From: an uncultured virus (IMG/VR IMGVR_UViG_3300009152_000029)
Lineage: Duplodnaviria > Heunggongvirae > Uroviricota > Caudoviricetes
Length of the DNA: 64,000 bases
Reading direction: 5' to 3' (one strand)
Virus record (IMG/VR): IMGVR_UViG_3300009152_000029
Part shown: piece after piece, positions 1-10,296 of the stretch
How the letters are laid out: each line of letters begins with the position of its first letter
Numbering within the stretch: position 1 is the stretch's first letter
Notes under the pieces: generated by a model
Seen by the model: only the letters and a program-made list of their open reading frames with translations
Told to the model about the DNA's origin: nothing
Databases searched by the model: none
Translations under genes and position numbers: made by a program

Positions 1-3000
1 AGTTTTTGGAATAACTGTGTTACCAGTTGAAACTAAATAAACGTCAGATAAAGAAACTGGATAATTTGAATTAGTCCAAGTGAACACTGTCGTAGAAGTT
101 TCTGGACGTGCAAGATAAAAAATTGTTCCACCAATTGAAGATTGAGCAACTAATCTTTTTGAATAATCAAGATGCCCATTTACTGAATTATTTTTGACTT
201 TTCTTAAGTAGTAATTAAAATTAGTGTCAATATAAATTATTTGATAAATGCCGCTAGTCGATTTTCTAATGCTTGAATTATAAATATCCTCATCAGTAGC
301 GTAATAGAACACTCTATCATTTATTTGGAAGTAAAATAGTGACGGATCTCCACTTACTAAGCTATATAATTGATTGCCATTTCTTTTGACTATCAAGATG
401 TCATTAGATACAGTGTCTAGAGCTAAGTCTGCTAAAAGAGTATGTTGAATTGGAGCTAATCTTGGAAATTTATCTAAATCTTGTGTATTTGTATTTAATC
501 TTATTTCAGAACCAATCTTAAAAGTTTCAGTTCCTGTGTGTAAATATTTTTCAAGGTCCTCTGTAGAGTAATCAGAGCTAAATGTATTAGCTCGAATTGC
601 TACTTCACCTTGCATATAGACATATTTGCTCTGGAATGTTGTACCAACGCCCATATAACCTTGCTCTACTGATACGACTGATGGCCTTTCATAAGGTGAA
701 GCAAGAGATTTTTTGTCGGTTGTTGATTCAAATTTAGTATCAAAATAAAAATCTTCGTGTTGGGTAAAATAGACACTACCTATGCCTGTAAATGAAGGTC
801 TGTAGATACCATTTAAGGCTGATGACGAACTTGAGCCTGAGCCTACAAAAATCAGAACACTATCATTTGATTGTAAGATAGTATTGCCTAATCCAGAATG
901 AGAGCGTACCAAACTCGATATAGCTGTGCCTGATGTAGTAGGTATTAATGATACATCAGCAACATTTAAAACTGCTTTGACAGAGTATTTTTGAAAATCT
1001 TGTTTATACCAATCAATATCTAGATCTTGTAATAAAGAACTGCCTTTACCCTCTGACCCAAAGAAATTTTCATAATTTTGAAAAGATGGGAATGAAATTT
1101 CAGGTACAAATATTTGACCAGTTTCAGTTGATGCAATTGATGCTATTTGATAGATACCTTTGATTTGTTTCTTAAAGTTTGGTGATACATTGTGACTTCC
1201 CGCAGGTCCTTCAGAAAGAACAGATTCAAAGATATCAAATGTCCAGCTAGACAAAGCATTTTCGTAATTAAAAATTTGTTTTTGAGAATTTCCTATTGCA
1301 GAAACAGTATAGATACCATTTCTAGTTTCATCGTCAATTCTTACTAAAACAGTGGTACCTACTGCAACTGCTACATCAAAATCATTAGGAGTGATGTATT
1401 GTGAAGAAAACTTGTTTACAGTTGTTTCTGCATTACATCTGATGTTTGTAATATTAGTTATATCAACCCAAGTTACACCAATTGCTCCTGGAGAAGTGTT
1501 TGTTCCTGGCGCATAAAGCATATATGTAGTGCCAGCTCCAGTATTACCATTTACAATTCTTGCAACAGATCCACGTAACACAGAGTAATTATCATTGAGC
1601 TTAAGTCCATAAACTACATCACAAATAGAACTTACACTGTATATACCGTTTTGTGCTGGAAAAGAAGTTTGGCCAGAAACCAAAACTCTTTGTGAAATTG
1701 CAATACCTGAATTAGAAAAATAAACTTCATTAACTGTAGTCAAGTCTGTTTGGTTTGCATTAACTAAATTGTTTACTGGCTCGTATGTGTAAGGATAATA
1801 TCTTTCTTGAATTGTTATAGGGTCAATATTGAGCAAGAATAAAGAATTATATGTTTCTGTTTTGCCCAAGTACCAAATATTTCCACCAAGGCTGTTTGTG
1901 TTATTAGCAACACTTACTACTGTTTGTGTAATTTCACTCGAACTGTCAAACGCAGTGTTTCTCACCCACAATCCAGTAGAACCTGATCCCACATTACTGA
2001 CAGTGTAAATACCACTAAAACTAGGTAAATAATGCTTTACCAGCACACGCTCATTTGTGGCAAGGGTTGTAGCTATGCCTGAAGAATTTACAATTTGCCG
2101 AGGTGTGCTAGTCAATGTTCCAGAGTTGGAACTTAAATCAAAACTAAAACCAATTGCACTTCCTGATGAGATTTCATAGTACCAATTAACGCCAAAATGC
2201 TTGTAGTTGTATGCAGCGTTTGCCCATTTTAAATCAGAAGTAGAGGCAGTGCCTCCGGTTAATCCAGATCCAGAATAATATCTAAAATATCCTCCGCTAT
2301 TGCCTACAGCACTGTTGACAAATTGAACACTTAGGGAGTTATTTGAACGGATAAAATCAAGCGCCGAATCCCAAAAATCATCAGCCGCTAACGAACTATT
2401 GTATGGATTATAGTAAGTATTAGCGTTTGGTTGATATAAGCTTGATACGAAATAAATACCATTTTCAGATTTTGCAGATTGGTCCTTTACTAGCACTCTG
2501 TCGTTTGTGCTCAAGGTATGATTGTCTAAAACTAAAGATGGCGTAGAAAGACCTACTGCTGACTGCTGCAAATTGTTTTCAGTAGCACAGTCAACGTTTG
2601 CAAGTTGATATAGTGTAGATCTATTTACCCATTTAAAACTTGTTGATCCAGCAGCTGCACTTTGAAATGGTGATAGTCCCACACTATATAAAAAATAACT
2701 TGCATTATTCAGGGTAACTATTTTTGCTGCAGTCAAAATATCTTCTGCAACTATACCACCATATGTTCCTTGACCTGAAGTAGACGAAACTTTATACAAT
2801 CCGTTAGTTTTTGCATCAGATTGAGACTTGACAAGAATTTTTTTATTTGTGTCAAGTGCTATTCCATCAATGTAGCTAGGAGCAATTAAAAAATTACTAC
2901 TAACAATTGTCGTCGATCCAAGATTAGAAGATGTGGCAAGGTCAGCATTTGTTTGGTTTACGATGAATGTATCAAAAACAGTAAACTTAAATTCAAAACC

Positions 3001-3252
3001 CAAGTCCTCTATAATTTTGAGGTTTGATGTATTCTTGATTGTTGGATAATGAGATGTATTATATATATTAGCATATTCGTTATCAATCCATAGTCTAATA
3101 TTTTCAACATCTGAGTTTATCCACTTAAGTTTAAAAAGTTTTTTTGTCCAAGTGGTTGACGTGTTAGTGCCAAAACCTGCACTAGAAATTTCTCTTGAAA
3201 CTTCCGTGTTGTTGGATGAGTTTAATTCAGTCCATAAAAATGCGTGAGCCAT
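1..3252 (-). CDS. Large virion structural/fibre-type protein (>1084 aa, 3' end beyond window edge)
   Basis: Not in the ORF track. ATG at 3252 (MAHAFLWTELNSSNN...); the stretches I translated at both ends are open and in the same frame. Repeated ILVKSQSDAKTNGLY / RVLVKDQSAKSENGIY-type modules seen in phage tail-associated proteins. Confidence 0.75.
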   Translation of the reverse strand, partial: MAHAFLWTELNSSNNTEVSREISSAGFGTNTSTTWTKKLFKLKWINSDVENIRLWIDNEYANIYNTSHYPTIKNTSNLKIIEDLGFEFKFTVFDTFIVNQTNADLATSSNLGSTTIVSSNFLIAPSYIDGIALDTNKKILVKSQSDAKTNGLYKVSSTSGQGTYGGIVAEDILTAAKIVTLNNASYFLYSVGLSPFQSAAAGSTSFKWVNRSTLYQLANVDCATENNLQQSAVGLSTPSLVLDNHTLSTNDRVLVKDQSAKSENGIYFVSSLYQPNANTYYNPYNSSLAADDFWDSALDFIRSNNSLSVQFVNSAVGNSGGYFRYYSGSGLTGGTASTSDLKWANAAYNYKHFGVNWYYEISSGSAIGFSFDLSSNSGTLTSTPRQIVNSSGIATTLATNERVLVKHYLPSFSGIYTVSNVGSGSTGLWVRNTAFDSSSEITQTVVSVANNTNSLGGNIWYLGKTETYNSLFLLNIDPITIQERYYPYTYEPVNNLVNANQTDLTTVNEVYFSNSGIAISQRVLVSGQTSFPAQNGIYSVSSICDVVYGLKLNDNYSVLRGSVARIVNGNTGAGTTYMLYAPGTNTSPGAIGVTWVDITNITNIRCNAETTVNKFSSQYITPNDFDVAVAVGTTVLVRIDDETRNGIYTVSAIGNSQKQIFNYENALSSWTFDIFESVLSEGPAGSHNVSPNFKKQIKGIYQIASIASTETGQIFVPEISFPSFQNYENFFGSEGKGSSLLQDLDIDWYKQDFQKYSVKAVLNVADVSLIPTTSGTAISSLVRSHSGLGNTILQSNDSVLIFVGSGSSSSSALNGIYRPSFTGIGSVYFTQHEDFYFDTKFESTTDKKSLASPYERPSVVSVEQGYMGVGTTFQSKYVYMQGEVAIRANTFSSDYSTEDLEKYLHTGTETFKIGSEIRLNTNTQDLDKFPRLAPIQHTLLADLALDTVSNDILIVKRNGNQLYSLVSGDPSLFYFQINDRVFYYATDEDIYNSSIRKSTSGIYQIIYIDTNFNYYLRKVKNNSVNGHLDYSKRLVAQSSIGGTIFYLARPETSTTVFTWTNSNYPVSLSDVYLVSTGNTVIPKT

Positions 3253-3265
3253 TAGTTATCCGTTT

Positions 3266-4633
3266 TTAATTTCTTCTAGCTTCAGGTCTATTGAAAATCT
3301 CACTAGCAACAGCAGCTAATTCAGATCTTTCAACTTTACTTAGGGTAACAGAAGCTACTAGTTCACTTTTCTTTCCACCTGATATAGCGTGAGAAAGGCC
3401 GTTTGATCTAGCATCAAGATAAGGATTTTCGACTTGTGACAGATCGCCAAGAAGGATTACTTTACTGTCTTTTCCGCATCTTTCTACTACCATCCTTGCT
3501 TCTCTAGGGCTAATGTTCTCAGCTTCATCAAGAATAATGATAGATCTTGGAATAGAACGACCTTGAATAAAAGCCATAGCTTCTACTTCAATAATTCCAT
3601 CTCGACACATTTCTTCAAACATATTATTAGCAGAAAGAGATTTAGAGCCCAAGATTTGGTCAATGTTGTCTTTGATAGGTCCTAGCCAAGCAGAAATCTT
3701 GTCAAACTTATCACCAGGAAGAGCACCAATGTCTTTTCCGCCAACCGCAATCAGTGGCTTCATTACAACAATCTTGTCGTAGATACCTTCGTTAATCATT
3801 TGCAAAGCAGCTGCAAGAGCTAAGAAAGATTTACCTGTACCAGCTGGTCCAGATAGAGTTACTAAAGCTACAGTCAAATCAGATAAAATTTCTAAAGCAC
3901 ACTTTTGCTCTAAGTTTTTACCTTGAATTCCAGAGAATCCCTTTGATTCTTTAGCATTGGATTTTTCTTTGAGAATTCTAAAAATGCCTCTCTTATATAG
4001 TGTAGGGCAAATTTTATCTCCGTAGTGAAATAAAATAAATTCGTTTGGAAATATGTCGCCAAGCTGAGTAATTGTTTCTTCAGAGAGTTTTTTAGCTTCA
4101 ATTTCATAATCTGACCAAAGTAACGCCCAATCTGTTTCATTAGTAAGTTCAAATTTTCTGATACCTGTGTAAATTTCATCAGAAAGTTGATCTGCTCTGT
4201 AATTTTCAGCTGCACAACCCCAAGTGATAGCACGAATTCTTAATCCAGTATCTTTTGTGATAATCGCTACTTTCTTTCTAGGATTTGCTGATTTTAGGGC
4301 TAAGCAGCATTCTATAATTGCGTTATCAGAATGAACTTTAACGATATTTGGTCTTTCATTTTTTTGTAAAGGAGACTCAGTGTTGTAAACAAACAATCTT
4401 CCTCCCAACTCATTGATTTTAACGCCCTTGAGAAGATCTTGAAGTGAGTAATGTTCTAAGTTTCTAAATACTTGTCTAGCTGACCAACCAACATTTTCTT
4501 TTCTTGTCTTGATATCATCCAAATCATCGATGACTGCTAATGGTATGTAAATATCATTATCACCGAATTTATAGAGAGCAAGGGGATCGTGGAGTAGGAC
4601 ACAAGTGTCGATGATGTATATATGCTTTGCCAA
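3266..4633 (-). CDS. phoH: PIN-PhoH protein (PhoH2/YlaK type: PIN domain + PhoH ATPase)
   Basis: PIN motifs IIDTCVLLHDP, HSDNAI, TKDTGLRIRA; Walker A GPAGTGKS; QGRSI, IILDEAEN, GDLSQ, ERSELA. TTG start with GAGGAG RBS. Confidence 0.93.
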   Translation of the reverse strand: MAKHIYIIDTCVLLHDPLALYKFGDNDIYIPLAVIDDLDDIKTRKENVGWSARQVFRNLEHYSLQDLLKGVKINELGGRLFVYNTESPLQKNERPNIVKVHSDNAIIECCLALKSANPRKKVAIITKDTGLRIRAITWGCAAENYRADQLSDEIYTGIRKFELTNETDWALLWSDYEIEAKKLSEETITQLGDIFPNEFILFHYGDKICPTLYKRGIFRILKEKSNAKESKGFSGIQGKNLEQKCALEILSDLTVALVTLSGPAGTGKSFLALAAALQMINEGIYDKIVVMKPLIAVGGKDIGALPGDKFDKISAWLGPIKDNIDQILGSKSLSANNMFEEMCRDGIIEVEAMAFIQGRSIPRSIIILDEAENISPREARMVVERCGKDSKVILLGDLSQVENPYLDARSNGLSHAISGGKKSELVASVTLSKVERSELAAVASEIFNRPEARRN

Positions 4634-4707
4634 ATTATTGGTCTCCTCGCATTAGTGCTAAAATATAACCACTCTTATTTTTTCCAATTTTTGATAATAG
4701 AGCCCTG

Positions 4708-5700
4708 TTATAAAGGCAAATCAGGTTTGCTTTCAAACAATCTTTTAATAGGTTTTTTGTCAATTGAATCTAACCAAGTGTCTGCATTTTCTAAATTGGC
4801 AACCTCAAAACTTCTGAAGTTTACAATTTCTTGTAATTTTTCTTTATCAATTTTTTTTAGTTCTTCACTAGAAATCCATTTTTTCTGGTTTTTATATGAT
4901 TTTGACTTGAGTTCTCCATTTTTAAAAGCAATTAAATCTTGAGCTAAAGCTTTTTCTATATAATTATTTGTAGAGTTTATGTTTGTAGACTCCAACAAAT
5001 CTAAATCATTGTAGTTTGCGTTTAAGATTGTTCCATTTATAAGGGTTTTGCCATAAGGGTCAATAGTTAAGTTATTGTCTCGTGAAAATACCAGCGAACT
5101 TTCTGGAACACAAATATAAATCTTAAATGGTAAAGAATCTTGTATTTTGTCAGAAGTTGTAAGTCTTAACACTTCATTTTCGTCATTGACAATAGAAATA
5201 ACTAATTTATTTTTATTGGAATCTTTAATTACAAAATCCCATTGATAATTGTGTTCATTAGTTGTTGGAAAAAATGCAGGCACAAGTCCAAGCTCTTCTT
5301 TTTTCTCGCATAATCTTAAGAATAAGCTAAATCCTACTGTGTCTTCAGGAGTGCCTTTTCTATAATTGCCAACTTTTGTCCAATCAACTTTGAAGCTAGT
5401 GTCTTCAGAAATGTTAATATCAAAATCCAAAAACTCTCCATTATCATATATCTTACGCAAAATAGAGTCTTCAAGTATTCTTCTGGCTCTCACCAAGTCT
5501 AAGAATTGTTCATCAGATCCGCCAAAATCAGGATGAGCTTTTCTTGCTCCTTTTCTGAAAGCAGATTCTAGTATTTTTGTTCTTGCAATAACATCATTTC
5601 TGGTATTACCTTTTGGAAAAGATTCTTTATCTATGGATAATATATTATAATAATCCTTTTCAAAATCAATAATTTTTTTGGGATCAAACTCATTTGACAT
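4708..5700 (-). CDS. J-domain (DnaJ-like) protein with unknown C-terminal region
   Basis: DYYNILSI...AFRKGARKAHPDFGGS...RRILED: HPD-containing J-domain. Confidence 0.8.
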   Translation of the reverse strand: MSNEFDPKKIIDFEKDYYNILSIDKESFPKGNTRNDVIARTKILESAFRKGARKAHPDFGGSDEQFLDLVRARRILEDSILRKIYDNGEFLDFDINISEDTSFKVDWTKVGNYRKGTPEDTVGFSLFLRLCEKKEELGLVPAFFPTTNEHNYQWDFVIKDSNKNKLVISIVNDENEVLRLTTSDKIQDSLPFKIYICVPESSLVFSRDNNLTIDPYGKTLINGTILNANYNDLDLLESTNINSTNNYIEKALAQDLIAFKNGELKSKSYKNQKKWISSEELKKIDKEKLQEIVNFRSFEVANLENADTWLDSIDKKPIKRLFESKPDLPL

Positions 5701-5729
5701 AAGGCTTTTATAAAGTAAAAAGAGAATAA
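5701..5729 (+). promoter_or_regulatory. Candidate phage promoter motif AAGG-N19-GAATA
   Basis: Same spacing recurs upstream of several genes. Confidence 0.5.
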
Positions 5730-5735
5730 AAACCT

Positions 5736-6218
5736 ATGTGGTATCGACAAGCTAAGAAATACAATATATTTGGATTGCCAATCTCTGGAGATAAAAAGTT
5801 TAAATTTTTTGCAGAAGAAGATTCGGAAGATACAGATATTCAAGAAACTCCATTAGAGCAAGAAGAAGTTACTGAAGAACCTGAATCTGTTGATGAAATT
5901 ATCAATCCAATTGACGTTGATGTAGAAGACGAAACTCCTACAGATGAGTTTACACCAGAAGATTTAGAAAAGAATGTTCAAAAAATTGAGAATGATCCCA
6001 CAGTAATGATGCAACTTCCTCCGTTGCATGATAATTGCCATTGTGAAGTCATTACACTTCCTGTGCTTTCTGCCCCTGGTGTTAGAGATGGAAGAAGAGT
6101 TTGGAAAAGGTCTGAAAATTGCTGTGAAAAATGTGAAGCAAGTGCAATTGAGTTCAACAGAGCAGAATTACAAAGATTGACCAATAAAGGCATTGATATA
6201 AATGCCATACCCAGTTAA
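5736..6218 (+). CDS. Acidic protein with MuF/gp7-like Cys-His motif
   Basis: PPLHDNCHC resembles the PPxHPNCRC motif of Mu gpF/SPP1 gp7; followed by W...CCEKC; N-terminus MWYRQAK. Confidence 0.55.
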   Translation: MWYRQAKKYNIFGLPISGDKKFKFFAEEDSEDTDIQETPLEQEEVTEEPESVDEIINPIDVDVEDETPTDEFTPEDLEKNVQKIENDPTVMMQLPPLHDNCHCEVITLPVLSAPGVRDGRRVWKRSENCCEKCEASAIEFNRAELQRLTNKGIDINAIPS

Positions 6219-6755
6219 ATCAACATCAATTTTCTTTTTCAAAAAACGATCTGGCATTGGCTTTACATTTTTAATTTTATCTAATAATCTAGCCTTAAGT
6301 TTTGCGTCCAGTTCTATCTTCATTAGTTCTTTGATTGCAAAATTTTTTATTCCCAAAAATTCTAATTCTGTATGCAAAGTATTGTAATAAATTTTTTCTT
6401 CAAAACTTTCAAAAATATTTTTATAAATTTTTGATTCTTGAATTGTAAGCTCGTCAAAAGCGTCTAGTAAAATGAATTTAATTAGATTGTATTTTTGGAT
6501 ATTTATCAAGGATATGTCATTTATTTTTTTCATAAAAAAAAGACTATCATTGTCACCAAAAACTTGAAACAACACTCCATCTGTGCCAATTATGTAAAGA
6601 GCTTCTAAGATTTCATCAGATATTACAACAATTACGGGTAAGCCAGATCTTAGTTCATTATAGTTTATGTCGTTAATGTTAGTAGGATTTTTAACTGCCA
6701 GAAATTTTATATCATTTTCCTTTTTTCTGATAAAAGTTAAAAAAGCTTGTTTCAT
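6168..6755 (-). CDS. Hypothetical protein
   Basis: ORF; probable start MKQAF at 6755, overlapping the upstream stop (ATGA). Confidence 0.6.
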   Translation of the reverse strand: MKQAFLTFIRKKENDIKFLAVKNPTNINDINYNELRSGLPVIVVISDEILEALYIIGTDGVLFQVFGDNDSLFFMKKINDISLINIQKYNLIKFILLDAFDELTIQESKIYKNIFESFEEKIYYNTLHTELEFLGIKNFAIKELMKIELDAKLKARLLDKIKNVKPMPDRFLKKKIDVDLTGYGIYINAFIGQSL

Positions 6756-7348
6756 AATATTAAATTTTCTATAATTCCAGAATCTAAATATGTTTCTGAT
6801 AGTCCCCAAGTATTAATCCAATAATTTATAATTTTGTTTTTTCTTGAAATGGTAAAACAAGTTTCATTAATTTGATTTTCAATTTTAGCATAATCAATAA
6901 TTTTATATAACTCACTAGATCTTTTTGCAAGTATATTTATGTAGTTTTTAGAAAAACTATTTTTGTTATCTTTTATGAAATCAAATAATTCATCTTTAGC
7001 AAATGGATCTGCTCTTACTTGATCAAATACAACAACAGCATCAAATTCTTGAATTAGGCTGTCAACTAAATTTATCAGAACAAGTTTTTTATTTTTGGGG
7101 AGAAGAAATAATTCTTGAGATTTTATGTGAAGTTTCTTAAGATTTTTTTCATTTAGTAATCTTATCGACTTGTTAGACTTAGATACAAATGTCCCAATTA
7201 CCTGATTATAATCTGAATAAGGCGAAAAAATTAGTCCACCAATTTCAGGATTGTCAAATAAAAATGCTCTCACACTCATAAGTATTTCCAACTTATCATT
7301 GTGAGAGCATTTGATGAGTTTATTGGAAATTTCTTGAAGACTTTCCAA
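6752..7348 (-). CDS. Hypothetical protein
   Basis: 198 aa ORF in a tightly packed minus-strand run. Confidence 0.6.
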   Translation of the reverse strand: MESLQEISNKLIKCSHNDKLEILMSVRAFLFDNPEIGGLIFSPYSDYNQVIGTFVSKSNKSIRLLNEKNLKKLHIKSQELFLLPKNKKLVLINLVDSLIQEFDAVVVFDQVRADPFAKDELFDFIKDNKNSFSKNYINILAKRSSELYKIIDYAKIENQINETCFTISRKNKIINYWINTWGLSETYLDSGIIENLIL

Positions 7349-7354
7349 TTTTCA

Positions 7355-7639
7355 CTATTTTTTTCCGAACAAGTGTTGCACAGCTTCAGTAACAATTGGT
7401 TGTAAAGACATTCCTTTACTGAACAATCTTACATTAGCAATTGAACCATAACTTTCTTCTAAATAATTAACAAGTCTTTTTAACATTCTATCGACTAAAA
7501 CAGTTTCAGGATTATAGTTTTTTTGAAGTCTAAGCAAATTTCTAATTGCATTTTCTCCATCTAAAATTATAATCTTCATTTCATAAGTTGGTCTTTGCTT
7601 GTCCACCTTATCTTCTTGTTTTAGTTCTTTGCTGTTCAT
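7355..7639 (-). CDS. Hypothetical protein
   Basis: 94 aa ORF coupled to the upstream gene (ATGA). Confidence 0.6.
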   Translation of the reverse strand: MNSKELKQEDKVDKQRPTYEMKIIILDGENAIRNLLRLQKNYNPETVLVDRMLKRLVNYLEESYGSIANVRLFSKGMSLQPIVTEAVQHLFGKK

Positions 7640-7869
7640 TTTTGAATCATTAAATCTTGTACGTGAATTTCGTTATATGCAAAAGCAACATTTTGACTTG
7701 GTACATTGAAAAGACAATTGATCAACTTCTCATCTTTGAAAATTGTGTAAAAATCTTTGCTTACAATCAATACACCGTCAATAGGTCCAATAAGAGCTGT
7801 TGGATTGTAAGTTTGAACTTTCCATTTCCCAAAGCCTCTATTCTGTGAATTATTGTCAACTACTGCCAT
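7636..7869 (-). CDS. Hypothetical protein
   Basis: 77 aa ORF with GGAGGG RBS. Confidence 0.65.
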   Translation of the reverse strand: MAVVDNNSQNRGFGKWKVQTYNPTALIGPIDGVLIVSKDFYTIFKDEKLINCLFNVPSQNVAFAYNEIHVQDLMIQK

Positions 7870-7952
7870 ATGTTTCCCTCCATTACATTAAATATTTATT
7901 ATAAATCTAAAACAAATCCTGCCTATAATGTATAATATTAGGAGGAGAACAT

Positions 7953-9308
7953 ATGTTGAAACAACTTAAAGGAATTGAATGTAACTTTTGTAGTAGGCCT
8001 GCAACTAAAGACGTTCTTGGAGAAATTGAAATTTTCGCAAACAGGTTAGTAAAAATGCATTTGTGTGATGCTTGTTACAAATCGTATTTGACAGGAAATA
8101 AATTTGGACAACTTCAAGTTCATCAAAATGTTATTTCTCTTATTTCAAGTTGTGACAATGAGAGTCCAGTACTTGATCTGAAAATGAAGCTTGCAGAAAT
8201 AGCACCATTATCAAAAAAGTTTTTATTCACGAGTGACATTAAGAAATTCAAATATGTCAATCCTAAAGATTTATATGAAAACCTCAACAAAAAAGTCGTT
8301 GGTCAAGATATAGCAAAAAAAAGAATTAGTTTAGCTGTTTTTGAACATATGCGAAACATCCATAATTCAGTCAGTAATGATAAGCAAAATATCTTGTTTT
8401 TAGGCCCTTCAGGCTCTGGTAAAACATTGATCGTAAATACAATTTCAAAGTATTTAGACGTTCCTTTCGTTTCGGGCGATGCTACATCATTTTCACCCAC
8501 AGGATTTCAAGGATCTGATGCTGATTCTGTCATAACTGATTTATTATTAAAAGCAAATGGTGAACCTGGATTAGCTGAAAAAGGTGTTGTATTTATTGAT
8601 GAGATTGACAAATTAGCATCAAATATGAGTGCTGCAACAAGACTTGAGAGTTTTCACTATTCAACTCAAAGTACATTACTCAAACTTATTGAAGGGAAAA
8701 AAGTTAAAGTTAGCTCTGCTGCCTTAGGAGAGCAAGGTACGCCACCTGTAGTAGTGGATACTTCTAATATTTTATTTTGTTTTGGCGGAGCATTTAATGG
8801 TTTGGAAAAAATCGTTGCTAAAAAACTAGGTCTTACTGAAGGAACAATAGGCTTCAGAAATACAAAAACCAATGAGTACGATGCTCAAGTTAAAAATTAT
8901 GAAATCTACAATAAGGCATCTCACGAGGTTTTGGCCGAAAGTTTAATTGAATTTGGTATGTCAACTGAATTTGTAGGCAGAATTCAATCAATTGTTCCTT
9001 TGATTCCATTAGACAGAGAACAAATGCTTTATTGTCTTACGCAATTAGAAGATAGCCCTGTGAAGAAGCATCAATTATTATTTGCTGAATCTAATGTTAT
9101 CTTAGATTTTGAAGAAGATTTTTTAGAAGAAGTAATTAATAAAGCTATCAAAGCAGGTACTGGAACAAGAGCACTTAATTCTATTGTGAAGATGTCTTTA
9201 TCTTCAGCAGCATTCGAATATTTGGGCGTAAATAATCAAGAAAAAATAAAAATCAAAGTAACTAAAGAAACAGTCCTTGAACCCAGCAAATATATTTTAG
9301 AAGGATGA
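7953..9308 (+). CDS. clpX: ClpX-like AAA+ unfoldase
   Basis: N-terminal CNFC...CDAC Zn motif; VVGQDIAK; Walker A GPSGSGKT; Walker B VFIDEIDK; IGF loop (TIGFR); GTGTRAL. TATAAT and AGGAGG upstream. Confidence 0.92.
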   Translation: MLKQLKGIECNFCSRPATKDVLGEIEIFANRLVKMHLCDACYKSYLTGNKFGQLQVHQNVISLISSCDNESPVLDLKMKLAEIAPLSKKFLFTSDIKKFKYVNPKDLYENLNKKVVGQDIAKKRISLAVFEHMRNIHNSVSNDKQNILFLGPSGSGKTLIVNTISKYLDVPFVSGDATSFSPTGFQGSDADSVITDLLLKANGEPGLAEKGVVFIDEIDKLASNMSAATRLESFHYSTQSTLLKLIEGKKVKVSSAALGEQGTPPVVVDTSNILFCFGGAFNGLEKIVAKKLGLTEGTIGFRNTKTNEYDAQVKNYEIYNKASHEVLAESLIEFGMSTEFVGRIQSIVPLIPLDREQMLYCLTQLEDSPVKKHQLLFAESNVILDFEEDFLEEVINKAIKAGTGTRALNSIVKMSLSSAAFEYLGVNNQEKIKIKVTKETVLEPSKYILEG

Positions 9309-9329
9309 AAGACCTAGATTTCTGAAATA
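9301..9329 (+). promoter_or_regulatory. Candidate phage promoter motif AAGG-N19-GAAATA
   Basis: Immediately upstream of 9337. Confidence 0.5.
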
Positions 9330-9336
9330 TATTTTT

Positions 9337-10287
9337 ATGGACCAAGAAAAAATAATTAAGTTAGCTCAATCATATTTAGAAGAGCATAATAAAAATGCTA
9401 AATATGTCTATGCAGCTAGAAAAACTTACTTTTTTACTGTCAATTGGAATGCGCCGGGTGCATCTGTAGCAAAGGTCAAACAAGAAGATGTACCTGAAGC
9501 TGAAAAATATAATGTTGATGATGTAAAGCGTATATTCAGCTTGAAAAATTATCCTGAGCCAATCATTGTATCTGAAGAAACACCAAGAATAGAAGATGAG
9601 CCAAAGTATACTGACATTGGCGATGTATCTATGTATTCGGAAAAAACTGAAACATCTACACCTGTAACTACTCTGACAACCACAACTACTAGTCCCGTTG
9701 ATGAATTGCCAGATGAAAGTTTTGATATTCCTGTGCAAGAAGATGAAGATAGTTATAATTGTTACACTAGTGAAATAAATAAAAAAGCCTCTTTAGATGA
9801 GATATTAGAACCGTCACAATTAAGGAAGAGTATTGACTCATTGCCTTCTAATTGCTCAGAAAAAGAGAAAGAAAAAATCTATCAACACAGAAAAAATTAC
9901 AATGATGCTCAAAATAAACTTTTATATTATTTAAAAATTGAGAAAAAAAGTTTAGATAGAACAGAGGATATGAAAAGCCAAAGAGACGAATTTCAAAATA
10001 ATCTAGCAGGCTTAGAAAAAGAACTTCTTACAAATAATTTATCACAAAGAAAATTTATCAAAGCTCTCGAAGGATTAGAGGGCTTGTATTTGAATAGAAT
10101 AAAAAGCAGATTACGTGGCCTAGGAAACATCGGACTAAACGCATTGAAAGGTTTATCATTAGCTCAACCTGTTTTGCCTTTGAAGTCAGATGAAATGAAA
10201 AATGCTATTGATCATATAAAATATAGGGGCTTGCTAGATTACTGGCTTAGAGATGATAGAGAATTGTCTCCGAAGAAGAAGTTTTAA
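9337..10287 (+). CDS. Hypothetical protein (possible virion-internal protein)
   Basis: 316 aa ORF; N-terminal IIKLAQ; preceded by the recurring AAGG-N19-GAA motif. Confidence 0.6.
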   Translation: MDQEKIIKLAQSYLEEHNKNAKYVYAARKTYFFTVNWNAPGASVAKVKQEDVPEAEKYNVDDVKRIFSLKNYPEPIIVSEETPRIEDEPKYTDIGDVSMYSEKTETSTPVTTLTTTTTSPVDELPDESFDIPVQEDEDSYNCYTSEINKKASLDEILEPSQLRKSIDSLPSNCSEKEKEKIYQHRKNYNDAQNKLLYYLKIEKKSLDRTEDMKSQRDEFQNNLAGLEKELLTNNLSQRKFIKALEGLEGLYLNRIKSRLRGLGNIGLNALKGLSLAQPVLPLKSDEMKNAIDHIKYRGLLDYWLRDDRELSPKKKF

Positions 10288-10296
10288 GGAATATAA

